NCBI GenBank assembly: GCA_029862125.1
Contig: JAOTXY010000011.1
Span: forward strand, 572 to 64,571
DNA length: 64,000 nucleotides
Source: Gammaproteobacteria bacterium
GTDB taxonomy: Bacteria > Pseudomonadota > Gammaproteobacteria > GCA-001735895
Direction: 5' to 3'
The notes under the pieces were generated by a model. It was not told where the DNA came from. It saw only the letters and a list, made by a program, of their open reading frames with translations, and did not search any database. Of the stretch, positions 13,057 through 23,596 are shown piece after piece (position 1 is the first letter of the stretch; the number at the start of each line of letters is the position of its first letter). Position numbers and translations under genes: made by a program.

Positions 13057-13682
13057 AAATGAAATTTCCTTTACTTTTAATTGCACTTGTAACCAGCCTG
13101 TCCATGCCGGCCTGGGCCGAGGATGCGGAGCAGAGACTCAAAACCGCGCTCAAGAACATGGATAACCTGAGTGCAGAGTTCAAACAGACGCTTCTCGACG
13201 AAGACAAGAATATAGTGCAGCAAAGCAGTGGCACCCTGGCACTGCAACGCCCAGGCAAGTTTGCCTGGATTTACACCGAACCCTTCGAGCAACGTATCAT
13301 CGCCGACGGCAGCGAGCTCTGGGTGTACGATGTCGAACTCGACCAGGTCACGGTCAAACCCATGGATGCAAGCATTTCCAACGCGCCGATCATGATCCTG
13401 ATGAAAGAATCCGATGTCACCCAGCAGTTCAAAGTTATCGAAGTCGGGCAGCGCAAGTTTCTTTACTGGATCGAACTTGAGCCGCAGGCTAAAGATCTCG
13501 AGTACCAGCGCATCTTTATCGGTCTCGAAGATGGCAACCTGCGTGCCATGGAACTACAAGACCAGTTCGGCCAGAGTACCCAGATCGTGTTTGATAACCT
13601 GCGCGTTGGCGTGGTACATAACCCGGCTACCTTCAAGTTTGTACCCCCCGATGGCGTCGATGTGTACGGAGTAGGCGGCTAA
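13053..13682 (+). CDS. lolA: outer membrane lipoprotein carrier protein
   Basis: Signal peptide, [23 protein letters not shown]; canonical position after ftsK. Confidence 0.95.
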   Translation: MKMKFPLLLIALVTSLSMPAWAEDAEQRLKTALKNMDNLSAEFKQTLLDEDKNIVQQSSGTLALQRPGKFAWIYTEPFEQRIIADGSELWVYDVELDQVTVKPMDASISNAPIMILMKESDVTQQFKVIEVGQRKFLYWIELEPQAKDLEYQRIFIGLEDGNLRAMELQDQFGQSTQIVFDNLRVGVVHNPATFKFVPPDGVDVYGVGG

Positions 13683-13699
13683 ATTTCGGCCGTTTCGCG

Positions 13700-15010
13700 T
13701 TGCCGTCTATGAACGATTTGTTTAACGCGGAAAAGGGATTCAAACCGCTTGCCGATCGCATGCGCCCGCGCAAGCTCGACCAGGTCTTTGGCCAGTCACA
13801 TTTGCTGGCACCCGGCAAACCACTGCGCCAGGCAATCGAAGCCAACAAGCTGCACTCGATGATTTTCTGGGGCCCCCCGGGAACCGGTAAGACGACGATC
13901 GCGCGCCTTATTGCCGAATACTCTGATGCCCGATTTATCACCTTGTCCGCAGTACTCGCCGGGGTCAAGGATATTCGCGATGCGATCGAGCAGGCGCGCC
14001 AATTCCAGGGTCCCACGGTACTGTTTATCGACGAGGTTCATCGCTTTAACAAGGCACAACAGGATGCGTTTCTGCCCCATATCGAGGATGGCACGATTCT
14101 GTTCGTCGGCGCCACCACCGAGAATCCCTCGTTCGAACTGAACAATGCGCTGTTATCGCGTACCCGGACTTACGTGCTCAAGCCAATCCAGGCCGAAGAT
14201 ATCGAGCAGGTGATTCGACGTGCGCTCGAAGACCGGGAGCAGGGACTGGGGGAACTCGACCTCAGTATTGATGCCGATGCCTGCACCTTGCTGGCACGGA
14301 TTGCCGACGGCGACGCGCGGCGGGCACTGACATACCTTGAAATTATCAGCGATCTCGCTGAGGACAGCCAGATCAATGCGGCCCTGGTTGGAGAGATTGC
14401 ACAGCAGGGGCCACGGCGCTTCGACAAGGGTGGCGACGTTTTTTACGAGCAGATATCGGCGTTACACAAATCGGTGCGTGGCTCGGATCCTGATGCCGCG
14501 CTTTACTGGTTTTGTCGTATGATCGATGGCGGCTGTGACCCGAGGTATATAGCGAGGCGCGTGGTACGCATGGCGGTCGAAGATATCGGTATCGCCGATC
14601 CACGCGGGTTGGAGTTGTGTCTCAACGGTTGGCAGACTTTCGAGCGCCTTGGCAGTCCCGAAGGAGAGCTCGCAATTGCGCAGGGAATTGTCTACCTGGC
14701 CTGCGCGGCCAAGAGTAACGCGCTTTACAGCGCCTACAAGCAAGCGATGCAAGATGCGCATGATTCGGGCAGTCTCGAAGTACCAATGCATCTGCGCAAC
14801 GCACCCACACAGTTCATGGAGGAGCAGGGCTACGGCGATGACTACCGCTATGCCCACGATGAAGCGGACGCATTTGCGGCGGGCGAGACATATTTCCCCG
14901 AGGCTCTGCTCGACCGTCGATACTATCATCCCGTCGAACGCGGCTTGGAAATCAAGATCGCGGAAAAACTCGAGCGTCTGCGCAAAGCCAACCGCGATGC
15001 AAAGTCGTGA
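13700..15010 (+). CDS. rarA: replication-associated recombination protein A (AAA+ ATPase)
   Basis: [41 protein letters not shown]. Confidence 0.97.
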   Translation: MPSMNDLFNAEKGFKPLADRMRPRKLDQVFGQSHLLAPGKPLRQAIEANKLHSMIFWGPPGTGKTTIARLIAEYSDARFITLSAVLAGVKDIRDAIEQARQFQGPTVLFIDEVHRFNKAQQDAFLPHIEDGTILFVGATTENPSFELNNALLSRTRTYVLKPIQAEDIEQVIRRALEDREQGLGELDLSIDADACTLLARIADGDARRALTYLEIISDLAEDSQINAALVGEIAQQGPRRFDKGGDVFYEQISALHKSVRGSDPDAALYWFCRMIDGGCDPRYIARRVVRMAVEDIGIADPRGLELCLNGWQTFERLGSPEGELAIAQGIVYLACAAKSNALYSAYKQAMQDAHDSGSLEVPMHLRNAPTQFMEEQGYGDDYRYAHDEADAFAAGETYFPEALLDRRYYHPVERGLEIKIAEKLERLRKANRDAKS

Positions 15011-15594
15011 ATCTTCCTTTCGCTGAATCTGCCGAGCAAAACAAGGCCGTTATTTTTGATGCGATCAAGGCTCACCTGAATGGCGATGTGCTCGAAATAG
15101 GTAGCGGCACCGGTCAGCACGCGGTTTTCTTCAGCAGCCAGTTACCACAAGTAACCTGGCAGACTTCGGATCTGCCTGCCAACCTGCCCGGCATCAAGGC
15201 GAGGATCGAAGCCTCGGGATTGCCAAACCTGGCCGTGCCGATTGAACTCGATGTGCTCGGGGGCTGGCCGGAGCGTCTATATGACTTCGTCTATAGCGCT
15301 AACAGTTTCCATATTATGAACACAACGATGGTCGCCGCGTGCATAGAGGGCGTCGGGCGTTGCCTGAAACCCGGCGGTTTGTTTGCGCTTTACGGTCCTT
15401 TCAATTTTGGCGGGACTTACACCTCTGAAAGTAACGCCCGTTTCGACCAGTTGCTCAAGTCGCGTGATCCCGAAAGCGGGATCCGGGATTTCGAGTGGAT
15501 CGAGGAACTGGCCGGCAGGGTTCAGATCGATTTACTCGAGGATGTAGAAATGCCGGCCAACAATCGCTGCCTGATCTGGAAAAAACGAACTTAA
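15007..15594 (+). CDS. DUF938 family SAM-dependent methyltransferase
   Basis: [31 protein letters not shown]. Confidence 0.88.
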   Translation: MNLPFAESAEQNKAVIFDAIKAHLNGDVLEIGSGTGQHAVFFSSQLPQVTWQTSDLPANLPGIKARIEASGLPNLAVPIELDVLGGWPERLYDFVYSANSFHIMNTTMVAACIEGVGRCLKPGGLFALYGPFNFGGTYTSESNARFDQLLKSRDPESGIRDFEWIEELAGRVQIDLLEDVEMPANNRCLIWKKRT

Positions 15595-15642
15595 TAGCGC
15601 ATAGTTAGACTAATATATCTACTTTAAGCCAAAAATAAGCCA

Positions 15643-16386
15643 ATGAGAAAATTGATCCCGCAGGCCCTTGCTGCCAGCCTGGTATTCATGCTGTCGTTCT
15701 CGCTCGCCAATTCGGCCGAGGAGTCGGTCGAAGACATGACACGTTTACTCAAGTTGCGTCTCGGTACCGACAAGGTCGAAACCCCGACCGCTACCGGTGT
15801 CGACGGTGTTTATCAAACCCGTTTCGGCAACAAGTTTGCCTACCTGATAGAAGGCGGGCGCTATGTTTTTATCGGCGACATGGTCGATCTCAAGATGGCG
15901 CGGAATATGACCGAGGTGAGTCGGCGCGAGCTGGTGGTGCAGGAACTCGCCAGCTTCGATAGCAAAAAGCAGATCGTTTTCCCCGCCGAAAACGAGGAGC
16001 TCGCGGTGTTGAACGTGTTTACCGATACCAGTTGCGGCTACTGCCAGCAATTGCATAAAGAAGTGAAGTACCTGCAGGAAGCGGGCATATCGGTACATTA
16101 TTTTCCCTATCCCCGTGGCGGTAATCGCGGCCCGGGCTATAGCAATTTAAGAAAGGTCTGGTGTGCGGATGACAAGCTCACGGCCATGAGCATTGCCAAG
16201 GGAGCGAAGATGGGATCGCTGGCTTCGTCCGAGGATTGTGAGTCTGCCCTGTATGTCGACGAGGGTTATGTACTGGGTAATCGCATCGGGGTTAACGGCA
16301 CGCCCGCGCTCTACGCGAGTGACGGCACCATGTTCAATGGTTATGTGCCCTACCAGCAATTGATCCCGCAATTGCTAAACAAGTAG
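15643..16386 (+). CDS. dsbC: thiol:disulfide isomerase DsbC
   Basis: Signal peptide, dimerisation domain, FTDTSCGYC, GVNGTP. Confidence 0.92.
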   Translation: MRKLIPQALAASLVFMLSFSLANSAEESVEDMTRLLKLRLGTDKVETPTATGVDGVYQTRFGNKFAYLIEGGRYVFIGDMVDLKMARNMTEVSRRELVVQELASFDSKKQIVFPAENEELAVLNVFTDTSCGYCQQLHKEVKYLQEAGISVHYFPYPRGGNRGPGYSNLRKVWCADDKLTAMSIAKGAKMGSLASSEDCESALYVDEGYVLGNRIGVNGTPALYASDGTMFNGYVPYQQLIPQLLNK

Positions 16387-16411
16387 ATTTTATATAAAAG
16401 TCGTAGAAATA

Positions 16412-16441
16412 CGTGCCCCGGGTTAAGCGGGCATGCTTTTT
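16412..16441 (+). terminator. probable intrinsic terminator after dsbC
   Basis: CGTGCCC...GGGCATG stem followed by TTTTT. Confidence 0.5.
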
Positions 16442-16506
16442 GTGCTCGTCGAATAATTCTACTGTGTTAATATCTTTGCCTAATAAAAATTGAGTTTGCA
16501 GCTTGA

Positions 16507-16668
16507 ATGACAGAACAGGAATCATCAGGTAAACCACCGGAAACCGACGGGGACGAGGCTCGGGCAGAGGAACAGGATAAGTCGCCCAAAGAGTATGGTG
16601 GTCCCAAGGGCAAAGAGCCGACTCGATATGGCGACTGGGAAAAAAAGGGTCGTTGCATTGATTTTTGA
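16507..16668 (+). CDS. DUF1674 / SDHAF4-like succinate dehydrogenase assembly factor (53 aa, absent from ORF track)
   Basis: Hand translation MTEQESSGKPPETDGDEARAEEQDKSPKEYGGPKGKEPTRYGDWEKKGRCIDF carries the DUF1674 signature E-x-GGP-x-G-x-EPTRYGDWE-x-KGR-x-x-DF; directly upstream of sdhC. Confidence 0.92.
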   Translation: MTEQESSGKPPETDGDEARAEEQDKSPKEYGGPKGKEPTRYGDWEKKGRCIDF

Positions 16669-16718
16669 TGCGCGCGATAGTTTTGCATGAACTGTAACTC
16701 GTAACCTGGTAATCGACG

Positions 16719-17102
16719 ATGCCCAATAGCAATCATCCTGTATCCCCGCATTTACAAATCTATCGCTTACCGCTGACCGCACTACTGTCAATCACTCATC
16801 GCATCACGGGTGTAATCCTGGCCTTTGGTTGCCTGCTACTGGTCTGGATCCTGGCTGCCGCGGCCGACAGTGCCGAGGCTTACCAGGCAATTGAACCGCA
16901 CCTGGGCAGCTGGTACGGCCAGGTATTTTTACTCGGTTTCATATTTTCACTCTACCTCCATTTTTGCAACGGCGTCAGGCACCTGTTCTGGGATGTCGGT
17001 TATGGCTTTGAGCTCGAGGTTGTCGATATTACCGCCAAGCTGGCAATCGCCATGGCTGTCGTATTAACCATAGCAACCTGGGTGGTTGCGGGGGTAGCGT
17101 AA
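16719..17102 (+). CDS. sdhC: succinate dehydrogenase cytochrome b556 subunit
   Basis: PVSPHLQIYR, SITHRITG, HFCNGVRHLFWD. Confidence 0.96.
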   Translation: MPNSNHPVSPHLQIYRLPLTALLSITHRITGVILAFGCLLLVWILAAAADSAEAYQAIEPHLGSWYGQVFLLGFIFSLYLHFCNGVRHLFWDVGYGFELEVVDITAKLAIAMAVVLTIATWVVAGVA

Positions 17103-17104
17103 GC

Positions 17105-17485
17105 ATGACCGATTTAAGATCACCCCTGTCCCGGGTCAAGGGCCTCGGTTCGGCCAAGGATGGTACCAGCCATTTCTGGCGCCAGCGCCTGACCTCTCTG
17201 CTGATGATCCCGTTGGTACTGTGGGTCGGTTTCAGTCTCGCCGCATTGCCGGTCGATCACGCCACGCTCACCGGCTGGATACAGCAAACCTGGGTCACGG
17301 TCGCGCTGACTCTTTTAATCATCGTGACTTTTTACCACGCACAACTGGGACTGCAGGTCATCATCGAAGACTATGTCTCGTCGCATTCACGGCGTACGGC
17401 CATCCTGCTGTTATCTAACCTGGCGTGCCTGTTGCTCGGCACCATCGGGGTGGTTTCGGTGCTAAAAATTTCTTTCGGGGCGTAG
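17105..17485 (+). CDS. sdhD: succinate dehydrogenase hydrophobic anchor
   Basis: GLGSAKDGTSHFWRQR, HAQLGLQVIIEDY. Confidence 0.96.
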   Translation: MTDLRSPLSRVKGLGSAKDGTSHFWRQRLTSLLMIPLVLWVGFSLAALPVDHATLTGWIQQTWVTVALTLLIIVTFYHAQLGLQVIIEDYVSSHSRRTAILLLSNLACLLLGTIGVVSVLKISFGA

Positions 17486-17488
17486 GCG

Positions 17489-19276
17489 ATGGCGAACGAA
17501 TATAAATTAATCGATCATGCCTACGACGTCGTGATTGTCGGTGCGGGTGGTGCAGGCTTGCGCGCAACGCTCGGCATGGCTGCCGCCGGACTTTCGACCG
17601 CCTGTATTACCAAGGTTTTCCCGACCCGCAGCCACACGGTGGCGGCACAGGGCGGCATGAGCGCCTCGCTCGGCAACATGGGCCCGGATAGCTGGCAGTG
17701 GCACATGTACGACACCATTAAGGGCTCCGACTGGCTTGGTGACCAGGATGCGATTGAATACATGTGTCGTGAGGCGGTACCCGCGGTAATCGAACTGGAA
17801 CATTATGGCGTACCATTTTCGCGCACCGAGGAAGGCAAGATTTACCAGCGTCCGTTCGGTGGTATGACCACGAATTTCGGTGAAGGCACGGCGCAACGCA
17901 CCTGTGCCGCGGCCGATCGTACCGGACACGCTATTTTGCACACGCTCTATCAGCAGTCGCTGAAACATCGCGCCGAATTCTTCATCGAGTATTTCGCGAT
18001 CGATCTGATCATGGACGAAGGTGTTTGCCGCGGCGTGGTCGCATGGGACCTGGCAAGCGGAGAACTGCACCGTTTTCGTGCGCATACCGTGGTGCTTGCG
18101 ACCGGGGGTTGCGGGCGCGCCTATTTTTCGGCGACCTCGGCACATACCTGCACCGGCGATGGCGGCGGTATGGTGGTACGCGCCGGGCTGCCGCTGCAGG
18201 ACATGGAATTTGTACAGTTTCATCCAACCGGGATTTACGGCGCAGGGGTGCTGATTACCGAGGGCGTGCGCGGCGAGGGTGGTTATTTAACCAATTCAGA
18301 TGGTGAGCGCTTTATGGAGCGTTATGCTCCCAACGCGAAGGACCTGGCGTCACGCGATGTGGTCAGCCGTTCGATGACGATCGAAATCAACGAGGGTCGC
18401 GGGGTCGGTCCGAACAAGGATCATATCCACCTGCATCTCGAACACCTGGGCCCTGAAGTCATCGATGAACGCCTGCCGGGAATTTCCGAATCGGCTGAAA
18501 TTTTTGCCGGTGTCGATGTCACCAAGGAACCGATCCCGGTATTGCCCACCGTGCATTACAACATGGGCGGTATCCCGACCAATTACCATGGCGAGGTGGT
18601 GACGCTCAAGGATGGAGATCCGGATTCGGTGGTGCCCGGCTTGATGTCGATTGGTGAGGCCGCCTGCGTTTCAGTGCATGGCGCAAACCGCCTTGGATCT
18701 AATTCGTTGCTCGACATCGTGGTCTTCGGGCGAGCCGCAGCATTACGCGCTGCTGAAAATATTAAACCCGGGATGGCGCACAAGCCGCTGGCGTCCGATT
18801 GCTGCGATGGCATCGTCGACCACCTGGATCGTTTGCGGTGTGCATCGGGTGGGTCCACGACCGCAAGCATCAGAAACCAGATGCAACGTGATATGCAAAA
18901 GCATGCGGCCGTGTTCCGTAGCGGTGATTCGATGCAGGAAGGGGTTGATAAGATGAATCAGATTTTCGCCAGTTTCGAAGATGTCGGCCTGTCTGATCGG
19001 GGTCTTATCTGGAATACCGACCTGGTTGAAACCCTGGAACTGGAAAACCTGTTGTTACAGGCACAGGCCACGATTCAAAGTGCCTTGCATCGCACCGAGA
19101 GTCGTGGTGGTCATGCGCGTGAGGACTACGAGGAGCGCGACGATGAAAACTGGATGAAGCACACGCTTTCATGGGTTGATAACAAGGGTAATGTCAGCTT
19201 TGATTACCGCCCGGTGCACATGTACACGCTGAGCGATGAATGCGATGTTATCCCGCCGAAGAAACGTGTTTATTAG
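17489..19276 (+). CDS. sdhA: succinate dehydrogenase flavoprotein
   Basis: [16 protein letters not shown] (FAD-His), [24 protein letters not shown]. Confidence 0.99.
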   Translation: MANEYKLIDHAYDVVIVGAGGAGLRATLGMAAAGLSTACITKVFPTRSHTVAAQGGMSASLGNMGPDSWQWHMYDTIKGSDWLGDQDAIEYMCREAVPAVIELEHYGVPFSRTEEGKIYQRPFGGMTTNFGEGTAQRTCAAADRTGHAILHTLYQQSLKHRAEFFIEYFAIDLIMDEGVCRGVVAWDLASGELHRFRAHTVVLATGGCGRAYFSATSAHTCTGDGGGMVVRAGLPLQDMEFVQFHPTGIYGAGVLITEGVRGEGGYLTNSDGERFMERYAPNAKDLASRDVVSRSMTIEINEGRGVGPNKDHIHLHLEHLGPEVIDERLPGISESAEIFAGVDVTKEPIPVLPTVHYNMGGIPTNYHGEVVTLKDGDPDSVVPGLMSIGEAACVSVHGANRLGSNSLLDIVVFGRAAALRAAENIKPGMAHKPLASDCCDGIVDHLDRLRCASGGSTTASIRNQMQRDMQKHAAVFRSGDSMQEGVDKMNQIFASFEDVGLSDRGLIWNTDLVETLELENLLLQAQATIQSALHRTESRGGHAREDYEERDDENWMKHTLSWVDNKGNVSFDYRPVHMYTLSDECDVIPPKKRVY

Positions 19277-19297
19277 AGTTGTGAGGAAGTAAGCAAG

Positions 19298-20080
19298 ATG
19301 GCCGAATTTACCTTACCCGCCAATTCCGTGGTCAAGCAGGGCAAGCTGTTCAAGGCTGCGGCCGGTGCGACCAATGTCAAGCGTTTCGTGGTCTATCGTT
19401 ATGATCCCGATAGCGGGGAAAATCCACGCACCGACACCTACGATGTCGATCTCGATACCTGTGGTCCCATGGTGCTGGACGCATTGCTCAAGATCAAGGA
19501 TGAAATGGATGCGACGCTATCGTTGCGCCGTTCATGCCGTGAGGGTATCTGCGGATCCTGCTCGATGAATATCGACGGCGGCAATACGCTGGCCTGTACC
19601 CAGTCAATCGCGGGAATCAAGGGAGATGTCAAGGTCTACCCGCTGCCGCACCAGCCGGTGGTGAAGGACCTGGTATCGGACCTGACCAATTTTTATGCGC
19701 AGTATGCGTCGGTGGAGCCGTGGATGAAAACCGATACGCCGGCACCACCGGATCGCGAACGCCTGCAGTCGAGGGAGGATCGGGAAAAACTTGACGGCCT
19801 CTACGAATGCATTCTCTGTGCCTGTTGCTCGACCAGCTGCCCGAGTTACTGGTGGAATAGTGACCGTTACCTTGGACCCGCTGCGTTACTGAATGCGTAT
19901 CGATGGATTGTCGACAGCCGCGATGAAGCTACCGGCGAACGCCTGGATGACCTGGAAGACCCGTTTAAGCTCTATCGCTGCCACACGATCATGAATTGCA
20001 CCAAGGTTTGTCCTAAAAGCCTGAATCCGGCACAGGCGATTGCGGAAACCAAGAAACTGCTGGTTCAGCGCAAGATCTAA
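19298..20080 (+). CDS. sdhB: succinate dehydrogenase iron-sulfur subunit
   Basis: [38 protein letters not shown]. Confidence 0.99.
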   Translation: MAEFTLPANSVVKQGKLFKAAAGATNVKRFVVYRYDPDSGENPRTDTYDVDLDTCGPMVLDALLKIKDEMDATLSLRRSCREGICGSCSMNIDGGNTLACTQSIAGIKGDVKVYPLPHQPVVKDLVSDLTNFYAQYASVEPWMKTDTPAPPDRERLQSREDREKLDGLYECILCACCSTSCPSYWWNSDRYLGPAALLNAYRWIVDSRDEATGERLDDLEDPFKLYRCHTIMNCTKVCPKSLNPAQAIAETKKLLVQRKI

Positions 20081-20087
20081 CTGAACG

Positions 20088-20333
20088 ATGTCGGAGTTAT
20101 CCCGCTTGCGCTGGTTATGCCGTCGCGGCATGAAAGAGCTGGATGTAGTGATGAGCAGATATCTCGAGGACTATTACGAATCTGCCTCAACGATTGACCA
20201 GGATATTTTTAAAGCATTACTGGAAATGCCCGATCCGGATTTATATGAACTGCTGCTTGGACGCAGTGAAGAAAACGATCCCGAACTGATGCGCTTTATT
20301 GAATTTTTACGCCACATGTCGGGACAGGATTAA
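20088..20333 (+). CDS. sdhE: FAD assembly factor SdhE (SDHAF2)
   Basis: RLRWLCRRGMKELD signature. Confidence 0.95.
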   Translation: MSELSRLRWLCRRGMKELDVVMSRYLEDYYESASTIDQDIFKALLEMPDPDLYELLLGRSEENDPELMRFIEFLRHMSGQD

Positions 20334-20345
20334 CAGGGATGTCGC

Positions 20346-20762
20346 TTGCAAAAATACTACGAGATTCAACCTTCTAAATCGCAACTCGTTTGTCTACTGG
20401 TTATCCATGGACTGGTCGCCGTTACGATTATTTTTTATATGCAGCCGGGCCTGCTGAAACTGAGCAGTTTAGCCCTGGTGTTGTTGCTGGCAGTAACTGA
20501 ATCCAGGTACCTGATTCGACAGGAGATTATAAAATTGCGCCTCGATTCAAAGGGCGAAACAATTGAAATGGAACGGGACGGACAACCATATTTCTACAGT
20601 AAAAACAAGGTTTACCAGACTCGATGGTTTGCTATTCTTAAGCTGGTTAACGAACAGAAATCAAGGACCCTGATATTGAATCCAGATCGCTTTAGTTCGA
20701 TCCAGTCTTACCGTCAGATGCGCTACCTTTTGCGCAAGATGGAGCAGCGTAATGTTGCTTGA
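20346..20762 (+). CDS. ygfX: YgfX/CptA-like inner membrane protein
   Basis: Directly after sdhE; two N-terminal TM segments and a C-terminal D...YRQMRYLL motif typical of the family. Confidence 0.6.
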   Translation: MQKYYEIQPSKSQLVCLLVIHGLVAVTIIFYMQPGLLKLSSLALVLLLAVTESRYLIRQEIIKLRLDSKGETIEMERDGQPYFYSKNKVYQTRWFAILKLVNEQKSRTLILNPDRFSSIQSYRQMRYLLRKMEQRNVA

Positions 20763-21213
20763 TTTTGCACCGGTCAGAAAAGGACGCGATGCCAACGCGC
20801 GCAGTTTTGCTGGACTCATGGAACTGTACGAACAGAACTATATCCGCTTGCGCAATATCGCGCCGGATTTGTGTGTTGCCGACGAGATGATTTCCTCGGT
20901 ACCGGGACACCAGGACCTCTACCTTTCGATTAGCGAACGTTGCAAGTACACCACGATGCTACGCATGACCTATCAATTTGAAGAAGGCGGGCAACCACTG
21001 TTTGAGCCCGACTTGCATTTAAAGGTCTACCATGATGCGCATGTCGTGGAAGTTCAGCAGTTTCATTCGCGCACACGCGGTCCGCTTTATGTTGCCAACA
21101 TGATCGAAGAAAAGTGGCGCATGAATCGGTTTCTGTATAAATGGCTCGGCTACTGTTTGCACCAGGGGCACTATTTCCATCCAATGCGGCACTTGAAGAC
21201 GAATTCTAAATAA
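20752..21213 (+). CDS. DUF1249 (YqiB-like) protein
   Basis: LMELYEQNYIRL, CKYTT, VYHDAHVVEV, EKWRMNRFLYKWLGYCLHQGH. Confidence 0.85.
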   Translation: MLLDFAPVRKGRDANARSFAGLMELYEQNYIRLRNIAPDLCVADEMISSVPGHQDLYLSISERCKYTTMLRMTYQFEEGGQPLFEPDLHLKVYHDAHVVEVQQFHSRTRGPLYVANMIEEKWRMNRFLYKWLGYCLHQGHYFHPMRHLKTNSK

Positions 21214-21308
21214 CTTTAAATAATCATTTTAAGCTATTGTTTTATAAAGTATTATATAATTAAAAATTTTCACAAAAATAAAATTATAAAGACCCCACGA
21301 AATACATC

Positions 21309-21362
21309 TTGACCTGATCCCGGTCATCGATATAATTCCTGACTAAATTAGTCAGGAATTAT
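21309..21362 (+). promoter_or_regulatory. iscR sigma70 promoter overlapped by a type-1 IscR operator
   Basis: TTGACC-16 nt-TATAAT (21309-21336); perfect palindrome ATAATTCCTGACTA-AAT-TAGTCAGGAATTAT (21332-21362) containing GACT-N5-AGTC. Confidence 0.85.
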
Positions 21363-21370
21363 TAGTTTTT

Positions 21371-21844
21371 ATGCGATTATCTACCAAGGGCCGTTACGCC
21401 GTGACCGCAATGATGGATATTGCCCTGCATCAGAGAGTAGGCCCGGTAACCCTGGCCGACATCTCGCAATGCCAGGGAATCTCGCTTTCTTACCTGGAGC
21501 AGTTGTTTGCCAAGTTGCGTAAAGGAGGCCTGGTGGAAGGGGTAAGAGGCCCGGGTGGCGGATATCGCCTGGCCCGACCGGCAGACCAGATATCGGTCGC
21601 TGACATCATCCAGTCTGTTGATGAAAAACTCGATATGACCAAGTGCGGTGGCAAGGGCAATTGCTCGCAGGGTGAGAAGTGCCTGACACATCAATTATGG
21701 TTCGAGCTTTCCTGCAATCTTTATCGCTTTTTAAGCGGTATCAAGCTTGATCAATACGTTAACCGCCCAGATATAAGTGAACTGGTGAAGAAACAGGACT
21801 TGCAGTACGGACGATTCATCAATCGTCCCCAAGCGTTAGCCTGA
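21371..21844 (+). CDS. iscR: Fe-S cluster assembly transcription factor IscR (Rrf2)
   Basis: MRLSTKGRYAV, SYLEQLF, RGPGGGY, three Cys plus His (CGGKGNC...CLTH). Confidence 0.96.
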   Translation: MRLSTKGRYAVTAMMDIALHQRVGPVTLADISQCQGISLSYLEQLFAKLRKGGLVEGVRGPGGGYRLARPADQISVADIIQSVDEKLDMTKCGGKGNCSQGEKCLTHQLWFELSCNLYRFLSGIKLDQYVNRPDISELVKKQDLQYGRFINRPQALA

Positions 21845-21859
21845 TTGGAGAATTTTGCA

Positions 21860-23083
21860 GTGAGTGATATAAAATTACCGATTTACCTTGATTACAGCGC
21901 GACCACGCCGATTGATCCGCGCGTCGCGGCTAAAATGTCGGAATGCCTGACCATCGAGGGTACCTTTGGCAATCCCGCTTCCCGCAGTCATGAATTCGGC
22001 TGGGTCGCGGAAGAAGCGGTTGACCTCGCGCGCCAGCAGGTTGCCGATCTTGTCAATGCTGACCCGCGTGAAATTGTCTGGACCAGCGGCGCGACCGAGG
22101 CGGACAATCTTGCGATCAAGGGAGCCGCGCATTTTTATAAAAAGAAAGGTAATCACATCATCACCATGAAAACCGAGCACAAGGCGGTACTGGATACCTG
22201 TCGTCAGCTCGAACGTGAAGGCTTTGAAGTGACCTACCTGGATCCGCAAGAAAATGGTTTGCTCGATCTCGAAAAATTAAAGGCGGCGACGACCGATCAA
22301 ACCGTAGTGATCTCGGTCATGCATGTTAATAATGAAATTGGCGTGATCCAGGATATCGAGGCGATCGGCGAATTTGCGCGCGAACAGGGTATTATCTTTC
22401 ATGTTGACGCGGCGCAATCAACCGGCAAGGTCGAGATAGACCTGCAACATCTGAAAGTAGACCTGATGTCATTTTGTGCCCACAAGACCTATGGCCCCAA
22501 GGGTATCGGCGCGCTTTACGTGCGGCGCAAACCACGTGTGCGGCTCGAGGCCCAGATGCACGGTGGCGGCCACGAGCGTGGCATGCGATCAGGCACCCTG
22601 GCCACGCACCAGATTGTCGGCATGGGCGAAGCCTTCCGCCTCGCGAAAGAAGAAATGGCAACCGAGAACGAACGGATTCGCATGCTGCGTGATCGGCTTT
22701 ACAACGGCTTGAATGATATGGAAGAAGTTTATGTCAACGGTGATCTTGAGCACCGAATCGCCGGTAACCTGAATATCAGTTTTAATTTCGTTGAAGGCGA
22801 ATCACTGATCATGGCGTTGCGCGATCTCGCGGTTTCGTCGGGTTCGGCCTGCACTTCGGCAAGCCTTGAACCTTCCTACGTGCTGCGCGCGTTGGGCCGA
22901 AACGACGAACTCGCGCATAGCTCGATCCGTTTTACCATCGGACGCTTTACCACCGTCGAGGAAATCGATTATGCAATCGGGCTGGTGCGCTCGGCGGTCG
23001 AAAAATTACGTGATCTATCACCTCTTTGGGACATGTACAAAGCCGGTATAGATTTGAATTCTGTTGAATGGGTGGCGCATTAA
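21860..23083 (+). CDS. iscS: cysteine desulfurase IscS
   Basis: [25 protein letters not shown], ends WVAH; GTG start at 21860 with GGAG upstream. Confidence 0.98.
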   Translation: MSDIKLPIYLDYSATTPIDPRVAAKMSECLTIEGTFGNPASRSHEFGWVAEEAVDLARQQVADLVNADPREIVWTSGATEADNLAIKGAAHFYKKKGNHIITMKTEHKAVLDTCRQLEREGFEVTYLDPQENGLLDLEKLKAATTDQTVVISVMHVNNEIGVIQDIEAIGEFAREQGIIFHVDAAQSTGKVEIDLQHLKVDLMSFCAHKTYGPKGIGALYVRRKPRVRLEAQMHGGGHERGMRSGTLATHQIVGMGEAFRLAKEEMATENERIRMLRDRLYNGLNDMEEVYVNGDLEHRIAGNLNISFNFVEGESLIMALRDLAVSSGSACTSASLEPSYVLRALGRNDELAHSSIRFTIGRFTTVEEIDYAIGLVRSAVEKLRDLSPLWDMYKAGIDLNSVEWVAH

Positions 23084-23105
23084 GTGCCGCATTTAGAGGT
23101 GTAAC

Positions 23106-23483
23106 ATGGCTTATAGTGAAAAAGTACTCGATCATTACGAAAACCCGCGCAACGTTGGCGTGCTCGAAGATGACGACTCGGTCGGAACCGGCATGGTGGG
23201 AGCTCCTGCCTGTGGTGACGTAATGAAGCTACAGATCAAGGTGAGTAATGAAGGCATCATCGAAGATGCCAAGTTCAAAACCTATGGTTGCGGCTCGGCA
23301 ATCGCGTCAAGTTCACTGGTTACCGAATGGGTAAAGGGCAAGAGCCTTGATGAGGCCGCGGAAATCAAGAATACCCATATCGCCGAGGAACTTGCCCTGC
23401 CACCGGTCAAGATTCATTGCTCGGTACTGGCTGAAGATGCGATTGCTGCCGCGATCGACAATTACCGCTCGAAGAAGCAATAA
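23106..23483 (+). CDS. iscU: Fe-S scaffold IscU
   Basis: MAYSEKVLDHY, GAPACGD, GCGSAIAS, LPPVKIHCS. Confidence 0.98.
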   Translation: MAYSEKVLDHYENPRNVGVLEDDDSVGTGMVGAPACGDVMKLQIKVSNEGIIEDAKFKTYGCGSAIASSSLVTEWVKGKSLDEAAEIKNTHIAEELALPPVKIHCSVLAEDAIAAAIDNYRSKKQ

Positions 23484-23500
23484 CCAGCTTTATCTGGTTT

Positions 23501-23528
23501 AAAAAGCCCGCTTTTGCGGGCTTTTTTT
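23501..23528 (+). terminator. intrinsic terminator after iscU
   Basis: AAAAAGCCCGC-TTTT-GCGGGCTTTTTTT. Confidence 0.9.
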
Positions 23529-23596
23529 ATCTCCCATTGTGAAGATGCCACGATCGACGCTGTCAGCTTATAATCTGACCCAGGATTAGACAGTCG

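Noticed and set aside
16334-16791. Three minus-strand ORFs between dsbC and sdhC
   Set aside because: No motifs; the plus-strand DUF1674 ORF explains the interval.
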